This document shows, piece by piece, positions 63,534 through 64,000 of a DNA stretch of 64,000 bases. Under the pieces are notes generated by a model. That model did not search any database. It saw only the letters and a list, made by a program, of their open reading frames with translations, and had not been told where the DNA came from. Origin of the DNA: an uncultured virus (IMG/VR IMGVR_UViG_3300025767_000006). Its lineage: Duplodnaviria; Heunggongvirae; Uroviricota; Caudoviricetes. The stretch is from the IMG/VR virus record IMGVR_UViG_3300025767_000006; one strand, 5' to 3'. Numbering within the stretch: the stretch's first letter is position 1; the number at the start of each line of letters is the position of its first letter. The translations under genes and the position numbers were made by a program.

Positions 63534-64000
63534 CGGATTCTTATACGTTGCTAGTTTAAATCATGCATATATTATTAGTGCTAGATACTCAGCAATTAGT
63601 TTAAAAGATAATTATCCAGAAGCTCACTGTACTCTTTTTACTCACGAAGAATGGGTAGAAGAAAGTGACTATAAAATTTTTGACTCAATTATTACTCATG
63701 ATGCAGAGCAAGTTGTACCACACAACAAGCGTGCTAAGATGTGGGCATGCGCTCGATCGCCATATAGATTAACTTGTTATGTTGATGCTGATTGCGAAAT
63801 CGTGCATGAAGACGTGAAGGATATTTTTAATTGTCATGATTCAGAAAACAATATTACCATTACTAAAGCAAGACCATATTCAGCATCTATTGATCCAAAA
63901 TGGCCAGGTGGCGAACTCACAGATCATTGCGGATTGTATATTTTTGACGACGAGCCTTGTACTAGAACTTTTATGCAAAAGTGGTTTGATTACTACTTAA
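63511..64000 (+). CDS. Partial GT-A glycosyltransferase (runs off window end)
   Basis: Not in track. GTG 63511: NGFLYVAS...SAISLK...RAKMWA..RSPY.LTCYVDAD...HCGLY, no stop. Confidence 0.75.
   Translation, partial: MNSPYPNNGFLYVASLNHAYIISARYSAISLKDNYPEAHCTLFTHEEWVEESDYKIFDSIITHDAEQVVPHNKRAKMWACARSPYRLTCYVDADCEIVHEDVKDIFNCHDSENNITITKARPYSASIDPKWPGGELTDHCGLYIFDDEPCTRTFMQKWFDYYL

Noticed and set aside
1..64000. Stop-codon reassignment
   Set aside because: Core genes are full length in the standard code; TAA, TAG and TGA all terminate genes; no suppressor tRNA

Overview
A 64-kb segment of an AT-rich T4-like myovirus genome. It is probably an environmental (plausibly marine or aquatic proteobacterial) phage; the host cannot be fixed from this window, and no photosynthesis genes are seen. 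Layout: (1) 0.5-5 kb, early accessory genes behind repeated, near-identical sigma70-type promoter cassettes. (2) 5-16.7 kb, a late (TATAAATA) block of putative internal head/injected proteins with T4-like capsid-targeting N-termini, including a PD-(D/E)XK nuclease, an RNA-ligase-like nucleotidyltransferase and a HIGH-family nucleotidyltransferase, followed by an overlapped spanin pair. (3) 16.7-28 kb, nrdA (glutaredoxin-fused), nrdB, GIY-YIG, DenV-like, radical SAM, epimerase, phoH, exonuclease, AsnB-like, ArdC-like and nucleotidase genes. (4) 28-36 kb, a glycosyltransferase/glycan-modification island. (5) 37.9-38.8 kb, three tRNAs, a stand-alone NAD-ligase Ia domain gene and a ~370-nt pseudoknot-rich non-coding region. 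(6) gp33 and gp32. (7) 42-64 kb, tape measure, tail and baseplate genes (gp26/51, 54, 2, 4, 48, 53, 27, 5, 25, 6, 7, 9/10, 8, VrlC-like). Best candidates for undescribed biology: the virion-packaged nuclease/ligase/nucleotidyltransferase cassette, the large structured RNA behind tRNA-Leu, a predicted -1 frameshift joining the gp26-like and gp51-like ORFs just upstream of the tape measure gene, and a possible virion or host-surface glycosylation system. All protein calls come from motif recognition by eye; no database searches were run.
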